From the NCBI GenBank assembly GCA_965205525.1, contig OZ242171.1:1869098-1933097 (forward strand): a DNA stretch of 64,000 nt, written 5' to 3'. Positions 40,392-54,326 of the stretch are shown here, piece by piece. The notes under the pieces are model-generated. The model was not told where the DNA came from. It saw nothing but the letters and a program-made list of their open reading frames with translations, and made no database searches. The position numbers and the translations under genes were made by a program. Source of the stretch: Gammaproteobacteria bacterium. Lineage in GTDB: Bacteria > Pseudomonadota > Gammaproteobacteria > JABABF01. Each line of letters starts with the position of its first letter. The first letter of the stretch is position 1.

Positions 40392-40736
40392 ATAAAAAAA
40401 ACGACGATAGCGGATGTTGCAAGGAAAGCGGGCGTCTCCATCAAGACCGTATCCCGGGTGATTAACAACGAGCCCAACGTCCGTCCGGAGAAGCAGAAAA
40501 AAGTTAAAGCAGTTGCGAAGGATGTCTCTATTGTCGGTTTTGACGATACGCAGGTCGCAAGGCAGGTGTGGCCGCGTCTTGCCACGGTGCGGCAGCCGAT
40601 TCGAAAGCTGTCGGCCGCTGCATCTTTTTCCCTGATTACGCATCTGCGCGGCCATCCGGTGGAAAAGGCCCGGGAGATGATTGAGTGCGAAATAATTCTG
40701 CGGGAATCTGCGGTAACGACGTCGCTTAATCCTTAG
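40392..40736 (+). pseudogene. LacI-family transcriptional regulator remnant (start codon lost, ~230-aa internal deletion)
   Basis: Frame reads (ATA)KKTTIADVARKAGVSIKTVSRVINNEPNVRPEKQKKVKAVAKD, a complete LacI HTH, fused directly to VSIVGFDDTQVARQVWPRLATVRQP (C-terminal subdomain). The sugar-binding core is missing. Only a GTG within the HTH is available as a start. Confidence 0.6.
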
Positions 40737-40749
40737 TCTCTGCTCCTCA

Positions 40750-42752
<2,003 letters not shown>

Positions 42753-42902
42753 TTATAAGCACTAGCGACATTGACATTGCGCCATATTGCGATATGATTT
42801 ATCCGGTTTTATGTCACAGAATTTCCCATTGTTTTAAGATTTTCATGCCGCTCTTATCCAAAGACTGGATGCGGATTTGAAAGGGTTGGGGAAGAGGAGG
42901 CT

Positions 42903-45900
42903 TTGTATTTGAAAATCCGCTTACTACTTAATACAACTGCCAGAAAGCCCGATGCGGGCAATCAGAGGCATGGAATAAGGGGATATCTTGCAGGAATCCT
43001 GCTGTTTTCACTTTCTCTGGCGGTCGTCCCTGTCGGTGCGCAGGAGCCTGTGCCGGCGCTGAGTTTGGAAGTGACCGGGCTGCCAGCGGGCAGCGGAGCC
43101 ATCCCCGAGCGGCTTCAGCTTTTCCTTGACTGTACCGAGGGGGAAGAAAACGATAATTGTTTCCAAGGACTTAAAGGACCCTCTACAGCCTTTGGCGGCA
43201 TTGCCCTCAGCCCGGACGGCAGGCTGCTGGCAGTTCTGGGGGCGGGCGATAATGCTCTCAGTCTGTGGCAGGTGGATACTGCCTCTGACACTATCAGCCG
43301 GAGTGCTCTTTATTGCAGTTCTGTGGGTTCTTGCCCAGGAGGCACGGATGTAGAGTATGGCCTTGAAGCGCCAAACGATCTCACTTTCAGCCATGATGGC
43401 GAGCTGCTGATGGTTGCTAATCTTGAATCAAGATCTTTAAGCGTCTGGCAGGTGAATGCAGAAGCTGGAACGCTCACTCGGAGCGCAGTCTACTGGGATA
43501 GCGGCACCACAGGCAGAGGCAACTGTCAAGACGTTTTCAGGGACATAGACCAGTGCTCTGCTAGGGAGAACAGTGACGGTGCAAGAATAGGATTAGTTGA
43601 AAACGGCGGGTATCTCGCCGACGGGCTGAACGGAGCTTTTGATGTCGCGGCCAGCCCGACTCATGATCTGCTGTTCATTACAGGCAGGAGTGATAGAGCT
43701 CTCAGTGTGTGGGCAATAGATGCGCAGGCCGGCACTCTCACCCAGATTGCACTTTACAAGGGCGGCAGTTCAGGGGCAACGGCTTGCTCAGGCACAGGCT
43801 TCAGCGGGGCAAACTGTGAGGACGAGCTGAGCGGATTGCAGGGAGTGCGCGGTCTCACAGTGAGTCCGGACGGCAGGTTGGTATTGGTTGCGGGCTCTGG
43901 CGAAAATGCTCTGAGCGTCTGGCGGGTGAACCCGGAAGCCAGCGGTACTGCAGTCTTGACGCAAACCGATATTTATGAAGATGGGGCAAATGGCATTGAC
44001 GGTCTTGGCGGTGTGCAGGATATTGCAGTGAGCCCGAATGGTCGCCTCGCATTTGCCACAGGTACTGACGAAAATGCACTCAGCGTATGGCGGGTGAATG
44101 CGGCGGCTGGCACCCTCACCCAGACCGCCCTTTATTGGGATATTAATGCTGAGAACTGCACAGATGCCGAGGAAGCTCAGGGAAACTGCTTTGATGGTCT
44201 CACATCGGTTCGCAATCTCACCCTCAGCCCGGACGGCAGACTGCTGTTTGTGACCGCGGTAACCGATGATTCCCTCAGTGCCTTTGAGGTGGATGATTCC
44301 AGCAGCACCCTTCGGCAGACTGCTCTCAGCCGGATAAGGTCCAATGTGCTTGTCGGGTTAAACACTGCAGCCGATGTCATTTTCGGGCCCCTCAGCGCGC
44401 CCGATGCCGCTGTCGGATTGGGCAACCCGGCCGGTGTTGTCGTCAGCGCCGCCGGCACAGTATTTCTTAAGGCGGGTGCGGGCACTGCCGTAGGCGCTCT
44501 TTCCACTTGGCGGGTGACACCTCTTGTGCCGACATACAGCTCAGTTGTGCTGACCGTGGAGACGGATAGGGTGCTGTCTACGCCGACAACAGCAGCGGTG
44601 AAATTGATATCACGGCGGGACATGCGAGAGTTGCTGCTGCCAGTGACTCTGTCCAGCGCGTCGGTTGAGGCGACGATTCCGGCAGGCATGCTGACCCCGG
44701 GCCTGTGGGATATTACTGTGCAAACGGAGCCGGGTGCGGCGGACGTGACAGGGGCACAGGGACTCTTGAGGGTGGCGCCGCTGTCTTTGCGTCTGCAGAG
44801 AGAGCAGCAGGGAGACCAGGTGAATCTTCGTGCCACAACTACAGAAGGCCCGCCGATTGCGGCGATTACAGTTACAGTGCAGGTGACGGATACCGACGTA
44901 AGTACAGCGGTCACTTTTACGCTCACTCCCGAGAATTTCCAAGATGTTCTCGTTCCGTTTCCGGCGGGTGCCCTGCCCTCGGGACGTTACAGTGTCTCTT
45001 TAACGAGCTCGCCGACCGGCACTATAAACACGGTTTCAACGAGAGCTGCGTTGATGGTGCGTGATTACACTCTGAGCTTGGAGGCACCGGCCGAGACTCT
45101 GACAGCTAACGAATTCTCGGTCACGGTGAGCGCAGCGCCCTCCCTGGAGACGACACTTAGGGTTACAGTAACACTGCGAAATGACGGAGTGGCGCTACAG
45201 ACGCGCCTGGCAATCTTAACGGCGGCCACTCCCTCACAGGCTGTGGCTTTCACGGCACCCGATGCTTCCTCCCCCATAACCGTGATGCTGGATACGGAGA
45301 CTATGGCCGAGGATGAGTCTGTGACAGTGGTGGAGGCAAGTATCGCGAATGTGCTTATTCTGCCGTTGCCGGCCGTTCGCCTTGTGTTCAGTGAGAACAC
45401 AGCGCGTATCGGCATGGATGTCAGTGTGAATGGTGTGCGTATTATGGTGGACAGCATGCCATTGACGGCTGCGATTGTGACAGTCAAGGCGACACTGCGG
45501 AATAGCCGCCAGACGAGCATAACGGCGTCGGTTGAAGTGGGGCCGGATAATTTTGAGAACCTCCGCGCTATGTTTTCGGTGGTCGGCGTGCCGGCAGGGC
45601 TCTGGGACTTGTCGGCGAGCTCTTCACCCCCCAATGCTCTGGATACCACTGGCTTCACCGGCACATTGCGACTAAACGCATTACCGTTCTTGGTGTTGCC
45701 AGAAGATAATATGCCGGCGGGGCGCAGCCTGAAGGTTTCATTGCGGACCGTTCTTCTTGTGACAGAGGAATTCAGGCTCAGCGCGATAAGGCAGGGAAGC
45801 AGCCCAGAAGTGCGGATAGAAGCAGATACGCCCATCACCTTCACAAATACAGACGCCGGTACGGCGACGTTTGCAGCGGGCTTAGATTCAGGAGTGTGGA

Positions 45901-48900
45901 GATTTCGGCTGTCGCCAAGACCGGGTGAGAACTTCGTGGAAATTTTCTCTTCAGGCTTTCCCATGCTGACGGTATCGCAGCGGCTTCTGACGCTGACACC
46001 GACCCAAGAGGGCGCCCAAGTGCAGGTTCACTTAGCGGCTATAGGAGGAGCGCCGGCGACGCCGGTGACAGCGATGGTGGTGGCAGAGGGTGGCGCAACG
46101 AGCAGGACACTGGAAATCACTCTTGGGCCAGATGCTGCTGAGAGTGTCTCTGCATTCCCGCCAGGCGTTCTGCCGCCAGGTGTCTATGATTTTTCAGTGG
46201 TTTCTTTATTGCCGCCCGACATCGCAATGATTGATAATGAAACAGGCACAACTACGCTGACAGTGGTATCGGGACTGAGTTTCATGCTGCCGACGGGCTC
46301 AACGCTGCCGGCGGGAAGCACAGTGATGGTTACGGTAATACGCAACAGCTTGGGAAGTGCGCTTCTGGATATTGATGCATATACTGGGGATGGAGACATT
46401 GAAGACAGCACGATAGTGTCAGCCAACGAAGTCGTTTCTTTTCCTGAGGATATGCTTACTGGGATGGCGGTATTTTCTGCGGGGAGTTTGCTTCCCAACA
46501 TATGGAGATTTAGGAGTAGTAATGATCTGAATATTGGGAGCAATGATAGGGTCACTGCATTGACCATAGAAGATCGGGTCCAGGTAACCCTGACCCCCGA
46601 TGCATCTGCGGTGTCGGCAGGGGGGGCGGTCCGCCTGGTTGCGACCGCGGTGCCTTCGCTGGCTGAAAGCCTCGGCAGGGTGCTCATTACGGTTACGGCG
46701 ACCGGAAGCAGTGGCCTCGCCTCTGGGCAATCAGAGGAGCAGATGGTCACTCTGTCATCGGAGCTGAATGCTGAACCAGTGATATTCCCGCGCCTGGCTT
46801 CGGGCGTCTGGATGATTAACGGGACGGACGCAAGAAACGCTGTGACCATTCCTGAAACAGAAGTCACCGTAGTGCTGTCAGCGGTAATTTTTGAGTCGAC
46901 AGCGTCACTGACCGATATAGATGGCGCCATGCGGCGGGCGGTGGCAGTGGGCAGCGATGTGCGCCTTGGACTGACGGCAGACCCTGCACCGGGCACGTCG
47001 GTGACGGTCACGGTGAGTGCTGTAGATGGCGATACGGGGGAGACGACAACGACAGAGGTCATGCTCTCGTCGAGCGCACCTGCGGCTGAAGCGCTATTCA
47101 GCGGGGCGAATGCCCTGGGTGTGGGCACATGGGGGTTTACCGCTGTGGCGAACCCGACTGATACAGTGGTATTTCAAGCAGCACCGATGGTGGTTGTGCT
47201 GGTGCCGACAATAATTCTCACATCGGACAGCGATGGAGAGACTGTGCGCGTAACCCAGCCGGTGCGCTTGACGGTAGCCTCAATGCCGTTTGCGCCAGGC
47301 ATGCCTGTAGAGATCAGTGTCCTTGCATCTCTTGGAGATAGAGAAAGCACGCAAATGGTCACCCTGTCGCCAGAAATGAGCTCGGCGTCGGTCGAATTTA
47401 CGCCGGACGTGCTGGGCCGGGTGGTGGGTGATTGGACCTTTACAGCAACAGCAGAGCCGGAGGGATTGGCAGATGTATCCGGGGCGGCGGTGACCGTGCC
47501 GGTAGGGCTGCCTGCAGTGCTTCTGACGCCGGTGGGAACAAGCTTAGACACAGGCAGCAGCGTGGTGCTGACAGTGAGCACAGATGCTCCGATAGAGGGC
47601 GAAGTCAGCATCACGGTGACAGGTATGTCAGAGGCAGGTCCGTTGCCACCCATGGCGGTTGTGCTGAGCCCGGGTGATACTGAAGAGACGGTAGATTTTG
47701 GTGTACTGCCCGAAGGCGAATACACCTTTACGGCAACATCCACGCCGACAGGCACTGTAGAGACCGTTTTTTCGACAGTGACGGTGATCATCGCCCCGGG
47801 CGGGAACCTATTGGACAGCCTTTCTCTGACACCGAGACAAATCGTGCAGGGCACTGTCGCCATCCTGAGGGTGGAGAAGGTCAGGTCGGCAGACAGTGCG
47901 CAGACTGTGACCGTTCTAAGAGATGGGGTGCCAGAGGGGGATCTGGTTATTCCTGCTGATTCACCCTCTGCCGAGGCAATGGTGCGGGGAGACGGTATCG
48001 GCGCATACACCTACTCTTTGGGAGACCCGAACAGCGAGCTGGCCAACGAAGAAGAGGAGCGTTTCCGACAGCCGCTGCGCGTGGTGGCCGATGTGCAGCT
48101 TAGCTTCGGGTTAAGTTTTGGCTATGTTGGTCAGTCTGTGGGCATCCGTGCAGCCTTGGTGGATGCAGACGGAAGCGCCGAAAGCCTGGACACGAGCGTG
48201 ACGCTGACCCTGCGGGCTGAGGAAGAAACGAGCGGGATGGTTTTGGATGACATCTCGCTGACAATCCCTGCAACAACGATATCCGGCAGCGCCGTATTCC
48301 TGCCGTCCATAGCCACTACTTGGACAATAACCGTAAGCGAGATAAGTCCGCCGGATGCCCTGCTGGTGCCGGCGGTCAGTATTGCACCGGCAGCAATAGC
48401 TATCAGGGAGCCGCTGCAGCTGGTGCTTATGCCGACTATTTCTTCGGTGCTTATCGGCAGTCCGATTGAACTGATGATAACTGCTGGCAACGCAGCAGAT
48501 GTGGAGGTGACGGCACTGACGGTAAGAGCCGTGCGGGGAGAAAATGGGCGATCAGACAGCCTGAGTCTGCCCACAGAAAATGAGGTGACAGTACAGCTAG
48601 ACAGCCTGAGTCTGCCCACAAATGTGGTGTTCAGGGCGGGCGATTTGGGGATCGGTGAATGGCAGTTTGAATTAATTGCAGAGCCCGCCTTTGCAATATC
48701 AGTTTCAGCGCCGGCGACAGTGACCCTGCTGGATGCAAACCTGGACCTCAGCTTGCCGGACGGGGACGGGGTAGGTGCGGATGATTTGATATTGCTATTG
48801 CGCTACCAGATATTGTGTGTCAGGCGGGTGCGGCCGGAATTTGACTGTGCAGACGGCCGGAATCTTACGCGCAACTTGAGCGCCGCCGACTATGATCTGC

Positions 48901-49091
48901 CGAGGCTGGTTGACCTGCGTGTGCCGGATGTGGCGAGCGACGGCATCGATCGAGTGAGGGCAGACATTTTTATATTGATGAGTTATCTGCAGGGGGTTGA
49001 AGGAGAGGAAATTTTCCCTCCCTTTGTGGCGCAAGAAGGTCGGGCGGGACTTCTGCGTGTCGTTCGGCACCTGCTGGACAGAGGGCAGTAA
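42903..49091 (+). CDS. giant secreted/cell-surface protein (2062 aa): signal peptide, 6 lactonase-type beta-propeller repeats, ~15 Ig-like ~100-aa repeats, dockerin/EF-hand-like C-terminus
   Basis: Signal peptide LLFSLSLAVVPVGAQEP. Six repeats of the form SPDGRLL.V.G..DNALSVW.V....GTLT. A long T/V/S/A-rich array of beta-sandwich-like repeats. The C-terminus has LPDGDGVGADDLILLLRYQIL and DVASDGIDRVRADIFILMSYLQG, resembling paired dockerin Ca-binding repeats. TTG start with GAGGAGG. Confidence 0.75.
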   Translation: MYLKIRLLLNTTARKPDAGNQRHGIRGYLAGILLFSLSLAVVPVGAQEPVPALSLEVTGLPAGSGAIPERLQLFLDCTEGEENDNCFQGLKGPSTAFGGIALSPDGRLLAVLGAGDNALSLWQVDTASDTISRSALYCSSVGSCPGGTDVEYGLEAPNDLTFSHDGELLMVANLESRSLSVWQVNAEAGTLTRSAVYWDSGTTGRGNCQDVFRDIDQCSARENSDGARIGLVENGGYLADGLNGAFDVAASPTHDLLFITGRSDRALSVWAIDAQAGTLTQIALYKGGSSGATACSGTGFSGANCEDELSGLQGVRGLTVSPDGRLVLVAGSGENALSVWRVNPEASGTAVLTQTDIYEDGANGIDGLGGVQDIAVSPNGRLAFATGTDENALSVWRVNAAAGTLTQTALYWDINAENCTDAEEAQGNCFDGLTSVRNLTLSPDGRLLFVTAVTDDSLSAFEVDDSSSTLRQTALSRIRSNVLVGLNTAADVIFGPLSAPDAAVGLGNPAGVVVSAAGTVFLKAGAGTAVGALSTWRVTPLVPTYSSVVLTVETDRVLSTPTTAAVKLISRRDMRELLLPVTLSSASVEATIPAGMLTPGLWDITVQTEPGAADVTGAQGLLRVAPLSLRLQREQQGDQVNLRATTTEGPPIAAITVTVQVTDTDVSTAVTFTLTPENFQDVLVPFPAGALPSGRYSVSLTSSPTGTINTVSTRAALMVRDYTLSLEAPAETLTANEFSVTVSAAPSLETTLRVTVTLRNDGVALQTRLAILTAATPSQAVAFTAPDASSPITVMLDTETMAEDESVTVVEASIANVLILPLPAVRLVFSENTARIGMDVSVNGVRIMVDSMPLTAAIVTVKATLRNSRQTSITASVEVGPDNFENLRAMFSVVGVPAGLWDLSASSSPPNALDTTGFTGTLRLNALPFLVLPEDNMPAGRSLKVSLRTVLLVTEEFRLSAIRQGSSPEVRIEADTPITFTNTDAGTATFAAGLDSGVWRFRLSPRPGENFVEIFSSGFPMLTVSQRLLTLTPTQEGAQVQVHLAAIGGAPATPVTAMVVAEGGATSRTLEITLGPDAAESVSAFPPGVLPPGVYDFSVVSLLPPDIAMIDNETGTTTLTVVSGLSFMLPTGSTLPAGSTVMVTVIRNSLGSALLDIDAYTGDGDIEDSTIVSANEVVSFPEDMLTGMAVFSAGSLLPNIWRFRSSNDLNIGSNDRVTALTIEDRVQVTLTPDASAVSAGGAVRLVATAVPSLAESLGRVLITVTATGSSGLASGQSEEQMVTLSSELNAEPVIFPRLASGVWMINGTDARNAVTIPETEVTVVLSAVIFESTASLTDIDGAMRRAVAVGSDVRLGLTADPAPGTSVTVTVSAVDGDTGETTTTEVMLSSSAPAAEALFSGANALGVGTWGFTAVANPTDTVVFQAAPMVVVLVPTIILTSDSDGETVRVTQPVRLTVASMPFAPGMPVEISVLASLGDRESTQMVTLSPEMSSASVEFTPDVLGRVVGDWTFTATAEPEGLADVSGAAVTVPVGLPAVLLTPVGTSLDTGSSVVLTVSTDAPIEGEVSITVTGMSEAGPLPPMAVVLSPGDTEETVDFGVLPEGEYTFTATSTPTGTVETVFSTVTVIIAPGGNLLDSLSLTPRQIVQGTVAILRVEKVRSADSAQTVTVLRDGVPEGDLVIPADSPSAEAMVRGDGIGAYTYSLGDPNSELANEEEERFRQPLRVVADVQLSFGLSFGYVGQSVGIRAALVDADGSAESLDTSVTLTLRAEEETSGMVLDDISLTIPATTISGSAVFLPSIATTWTITVSEISPPDALLVPAVSIAPAAIAIREPLQLVLMPTISSVLIGSPIELMITAGNAADVEVTALTVRAVRGENGRSDSLSLPTENEVTVQLDSLSLPTNVVFRAGDLGIGEWQFELIAEPAFAISVSAPATVTLLDANLDLSLPDGDGVGADDLILLLRYQILCVRRVRPEFDCADGRNLTRNLSAADYDLPRLVDLRVPDVASDGIDRVRADIFILMSYLQGVEGEEIFPPFVAQEGRAGLLRVVRHLLDRGQ

Positions 49092-49102
49092 CCCCTGTCC
49101 CC

Positions 49103-49963
49103 GTGAGCAGGCAAACCCCTGGGCTTCTTCTCGGCGGACTGCAATTCTGCGAATGCCCCCGCTGGCGCGACGGGCGCCTGTGGTTTTCTGACATGACCGC
49201 CGGGCGCATACTGGCGACGGACATGGCGGGGCATGCCGAGGAAATCGCCCGCTGGGAAGGCAGACCCGCCGGTCTCGGCTGGCTGCCGGACGGACGGCTT
49301 CTGGCGGTATCCATGCTGGACTGCCGGCTGATGTGCCTGGACAAAGAGAACTGGCGCGAGCTCGCTGACCTCAGTTCCTGGTGCGGCGGTCACGCCAATG
49401 ATATGGTGGTGGACAGCGAGGGACGCGCCTATGTGGGCAATATCGGCTTTGACCTTGAAGCCGAACCCTTTGAGCCCCGGCCCACAGTGCTCCTGTGTAT
49501 TGCGCCGGATGGACAGGTGCAGGTGGCGGCGGAGGAGCTCATTGCTCCCAATGGCATGGCCCTCTCTCCCTCCGGGAAGCAGCTGATACTGGCTGAATCC
49601 GGAGCGTATCGCCTGCTGTCCTACGACATTGCCGCCGATGGCAGTCTCAGCAATCGGCGGGTCTTCGCCGAACTGCCGGAGGGTGCTGCCCCGGATGGCA
49701 TCTGCCTGGATGCGGAAGGAGCGGTATGGGCCGCCAGTCCCACCTCGGGGGAGTTCCTGCGCCTGGCGGAAGGGGGCGATGTGCTGCAGCGTATTTCCTG
49801 CCCCGGCCGTGCACCGGTGGCGGTTGCTCTGGGCGGTGAGCAGGGACGCACTCTGTTCTGCCTCAGTGCTCCCCGCATGAGCATGAGGGAATCCGCCATG
49901 CTCAGCGATGCGCGCATTGAAACCGTGCAGGTAGAATCTCCAGGAGCAGGCCTTCCTTGCTAG
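49103..49963 (+). CDS. SMP-30/gluconolactonase/LRE-like (SGL) family protein
   Basis: CECPRWRDGRLWFSDM...LPDGRLL...DSEGRAYVGN...PNGMALSPSGKQLILAES...PDGICLDAEGAVW is the typical SGL six-blade propeller pattern. Starts 12 bp after the giant protein stop. Confidence 0.7.
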   Translation: MSRQTPGLLLGGLQFCECPRWRDGRLWFSDMTAGRILATDMAGHAEEIARWEGRPAGLGWLPDGRLLAVSMLDCRLMCLDKENWRELADLSSWCGGHANDMVVDSEGRAYVGNIGFDLEAEPFEPRPTVLLCIAPDGQVQVAAEELIAPNGMALSPSGKQLILAESGAYRLLSYDIAADGSLSNRRVFAELPEGAAPDGICLDAEGAVWAASPTSGEFLRLAEGGDVLQRISCPGRAPVAVALGGEQGRTLFCLSAPRMSMRESAMLSDARIETVQVESPGAGLPC

Positions 49964-50087
49964 AGCGAAAGCGGCAGCGCCTGGGGGGAGCAGCCCATGG
50001 GCAGACGCTCGGGCATGTCCTGCCCCTGAGCAGGCAGCCCGCATCTGTGTATAATTCCGTTTCCAGCTGGCGAGAGCAGTCTTTCCG

Positions 50088-50483
50088 GTGAACAGCGGAC
50101 GACGGATTCCGAGTATTCCCGGCAGGCAGGCCGCCTTCCGCATCCTCTTCGGTCTCGGTGCGGCGGCTCTTCTGGCATCAGCCTTTCTGGCATCGGTGGA
50201 TTTTGCTGCTGCCCGATCGGTATTTGCGGGATGCATGCTTTGTGTGCTGCCGAGTCTGTGGGCCGCCTTTGTCGCCTTTCGTCCGGCGCGGGCATCTGAG
50301 CCGGGGCGAATCGTGGGGCACATGTTCCGCGCCCAGTTCGGCAAATGGCTGCTCACTGCGGCGCTGATGCTCTTGGCTATCGCTGGAATACAGTCTGGCA
50401 GCTTGACCGCAGGTATTTTTTTTGCGGCCTATGGTGTGGCACTGGCGACCTACCTGGCACTCAGTGCACGGTGGAGCCTTTGA
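50088..50483 (+). CDS. atpI: ATP synthase protein I
   Basis: Small hydrophobic protein (131 aa, 3-4 TM) immediately upstream of atpB; start uncertain. Confidence 0.55.
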   Translation: MNSGRRIPSIPGRQAAFRILFGLGAAALLASAFLASVDFAAARSVFAGCMLCVLPSLWAAFVAFRPARASEPGRIVGHMFRAQFGKWLLTAALMLLAIAGIQSGSLTAGIFFAAYGVALATYLALSARWSL

Positions 50484-50491
50484 ACCGATAA

Positions 50492-51658
<1,167 letters not shown>

Positions 51659-51691
51659 AGCGAGAGCGGAGCGCCCGCAGGGGGGCTGACC

Positions 51692-52162
51692 ATGAACATC
51701 AACATGACGATGCTCGGGCAGGCGCTGGCCTTTGCCTTCTTCGTCTGGTTCTGTATGCGCTACGTATGGCCGCCGATTATCGCGGCCCTGCGGGAGCGTC
51801 AGGCCACGATTGCAGAGGGTTTAGATGCAGCGGAGCGCGGACAGCGCAGCCTGGAAGATGCTGGGCAGAAGGTGCAGGAATTGACCCAGGAGGCCAAGCG
51901 GCAGGCCGCAGCTATTCTGGAGCAGGCCAATCGCCGGGCGGATCAGGTGGTAGAGGAGGCCAAAGAGCAGGCCCGGACCGAGGGCGAGCGTCTGAAAGCC
52001 GCCGCCCGGGCCGAAGTGGAGCAGGAGGCGAGCCGCGCCCGGGAAAGCTTGCGCCGGGAAGTCGGGGCCTTGGCCCTCGCCGGTGCAGAGAAGGTGCTGG
52101 GCCGGGTGGTGGACCGCAATGCCCACCAGGATCTAGTGGCAGAGCTCGCTAAAGAGCTCTGA
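51692..52162 (+). CDS. atpF: F0F1 ATP synthase subunit b
   Basis: N-terminal TM segment followed by a long charged coiled coil; position in the operon. Confidence 0.85.
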   Translation: MNINMTMLGQALAFAFFVWFCMRYVWPPIIAALRERQATIAEGLDAAERGQRSLEDAGQKVQELTQEAKRQAAAILEQANRRADQVVEEAKEQARTEGERLKAAARAEVEQEASRARESLRREVGALALAGAEKVLGRVVDRNAHQDLVAELAKEL

Positions 52163-52167
52163 GCGAT

Positions 52168-52704
52168 ATGGCGGAGCTGAGCACCCTGGCGCGCCCCTAC
52201 GCAAAGGCGGCTTTCGCCTTTGCCCGGGAGCACCGTGCGCTGCCCGCCTGGAGTGCCATGCTGGCAATGGCGGCGACGGTGGCAGAGGAGCCCCAAGTGG
52301 CGCAAAAGATAAATACTCCGAGCCTCAGCGCGACAGACCGGGCGACGCTGCTGATTGAGCTGTGCGGGGATGCGCTGGACCAGGCCGGTCGCAATTTTCT
52401 GCACATTCTCGCCGAGAATCTTCGCCTGCCGCTCTTGGGAGAGGTCGCCCGTCTTTTTGAAGAGCTGAAGGCGGCGGCAGAAAAAGAGGCGGCAGTGGAA
52501 ATTATCTCGGCGATGCCCTTGGAGGAAGAGATGACTGCACGCCTCACTCAGGCCCTGGGCGCACGGCTCGGGCAAGAGGTGAGCGTTCGTGTTCGGATAG
52601 ATGAGAATCTGCTCGGCGGTGCGGTGGTGCGTGCCGGGGACATGGTGATTGACGGTTCTGTGCAGGGTCGCTTGCAGCGTCTTGCAGAAGCGATAAAAAG
52701 CTGA
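52168..52704 (+). CDS. atpH: F0F1 ATP synthase subunit delta
   Basis: LARPYAKAAFAFA N-terminus (OSCP family); position in the operon. Confidence 0.85.
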   Translation: MAELSTLARPYAKAAFAFAREHRALPAWSAMLAMAATVAEEPQVAQKINTPSLSATDRATLLIELCGDALDQAGRNFLHILAENLRLPLLGEVARLFEELKAAAEKEAAVEIISAMPLEEEMTARLTQALGARLGQEVSVRVRIDENLLGGAVVRAGDMVIDGSVQGRLQRLAEAIKS

Positions 52705-52731
52705 AGCAATTAATTTTCGGGAGAGCAGTGC

Positions 52732-54276
52732 ATGCAGCAGTTAAATCCATCTGAGATCAGCGACATTATTCGTCAGCGAATAGATCAGCTGGAGGTGCGG
52801 GCGGAAGCGCGCACCGAGGGTGTGCTGGTCAGTGTGCAGGACGGCATTGTCCGCATTCATGGCCTGCGCGATGTCATGTACGGCGAAATGATTGAATTTG
52901 AGGGCGGCAGTTACGGAATGGCCCTCAACTTGGAAAGAGATTCGGTGGGCGCCGTGGTGCTGGGGGACTACCTCGGCCTGAAAGAGGGGCAGAGCTGCCG
53001 CTGCACCGGCCGCATTCTGGAAGTGCCGGTGGGCCCGGCGCTGCTGGGCCGGGTGGTAGATGCCCTCGGAAATCCGGTGGACGGCAGGGGACCCCTCGCC
53101 GACTGCGAGACCTCCCCCCTGGAGAAAGTCGCCCCCGGCGTTATCAGCCGCCAGTCGGTGAGCCAGCCGGTGCAGACCGGCCTGAAGGCCATTGACTCCA
53201 TGGTGCCGGTGGGCCGGGGCCAGCGGGAGCTCATCATCGGCGACCGCCAGGTGGGCAAGACGGCGGTGGCGATTGACACCATCATCAACCAGCAGGGCGG
53301 TGACCTGAAATGCATTTATGTGGCAGTGGGGCAGAAGCAATCTTCAATTGTCGGCGTGGTGCGCAAGCTGGAGGAGCACGGCGCAATGGAGCACACTATC
53401 GTGGTGGCGGCCGGGGCGGCCGACCCCGCTTCAATGCAGTTTCTCGCGCCCTTCGCCGGCTGCAGCATGGGCGAGTACTATCGCGACCGGGGCGAGGATG
53501 CCCTCATCATCTACGACGATTTAACCAAGCAGGCGTGGGCCTATCGGCAGATCTCCCTGCTGCTGCGCCGCCCGCCCGGCCGGGAGGCCTATCCCGGAGA
53601 TGTGTTCTACCTGCACTCGCGCCTGTTGGAACGGGCTGCCCGGGTGAATGCAGAGCACGTGGAAAAAATTACGGATGGCGCGGTCAAGGGCCGTACCGGC
53701 TCCCTGACGGCGCTGCCCATCATTGAAACTCAGGCTGGCGATGTCTCCGCCTTTGTGCCTACCAATGTGATCTCCATCACCGATGGACAGATCTTTTTGG
53801 AAACCGATTTATTCAACGCCGGCATCCGTCCTGCCATGAATTCGGGGCTGTCCGTTTCCAGGGTGGGCGGCGCTGCCCAGACCAGCATCATCAAGAAGCT
53901 GGGGGGCGGCATCCGTCTTGCCATGGCCCAGTACCGGGAGCTGGAAGCGTTTGCACAGTTTGCCTCGGACTTGGATGAGACCACCCGGGCGCAGCTGGAG
54001 CATGGCCAGCGGGTGACGGAGCTGATGAAACAGAGGCAGTACTCGCCGCTGTCGGTGGCGGAGATGGCGATCGGCCTGTTTGCTGCCAACGAGGGCTACC
54101 TGAAGGAGGTGCCGGTAAAGAAAGTGGGGGACTACGAGGCCGCACTCCTTTCCTACATGAACAGCGAGTACACCAAGCTGATGGCAGAGGTCAACAAGAC
54201 CGGCAAGTACGACGACGACATCACAAAAGCCTTTCGGGAAGCGCTGGACCAGTTTCAGGCGACACAGGGATGGTAG
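52732..54276 (+). CDS. atpA: F0F1 ATP synthase subunit alpha
   Basis: [18 protein letters not shown] Walker A; 514 aa. Confidence 0.95.
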   Translation: MQQLNPSEISDIIRQRIDQLEVRAEARTEGVLVSVQDGIVRIHGLRDVMYGEMIEFEGGSYGMALNLERDSVGAVVLGDYLGLKEGQSCRCTGRILEVPVGPALLGRVVDALGNPVDGRGPLADCETSPLEKVAPGVISRQSVSQPVQTGLKAIDSMVPVGRGQRELIIGDRQVGKTAVAIDTIINQQGGDLKCIYVAVGQKQSSIVGVVRKLEEHGAMEHTIVVAAGAADPASMQFLAPFAGCSMGEYYRDRGEDALIIYDDLTKQAWAYRQISLLLRRPPGREAYPGDVFYLHSRLLERAARVNAEHVEKITDGAVKGRTGSLTALPIIETQAGDVSAFVPTNVISITDGQIFLETDLFNAGIRPAMNSGLSVSRVGGAAQTSIIKKLGGGIRLAMAQYRELEAFAQFASDLDETTRAQLEHGQRVTELMKQRQYSPLSVAEMAIGLFAANEGYLKEVPVKKVGDYEAALLSYMNSEYTKLMAEVNKTGKYDDDITKAFREALDQFQATQGW

Positions 54277-54326
54277 CCATGGCGATATTCCCGACATCCC
54301 CCCGCGGCTGACAGGGAGAGCGCAGC

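Noticed and set aside
44177-48619. Series of 160-315-aa minus-strand ORFs inside the giant protein gene (44177..44926, 45065..45964, 46184..47128, 47174..48010, 48131..48619).
   Set aside because: They are antisense to a repeat-rich, T/V/S/A-codon-rich gene and translate to Ser/Thr/Val/Ala-rich junk. The sense frame is continuous for 2062 codons with coherent domain repeats.
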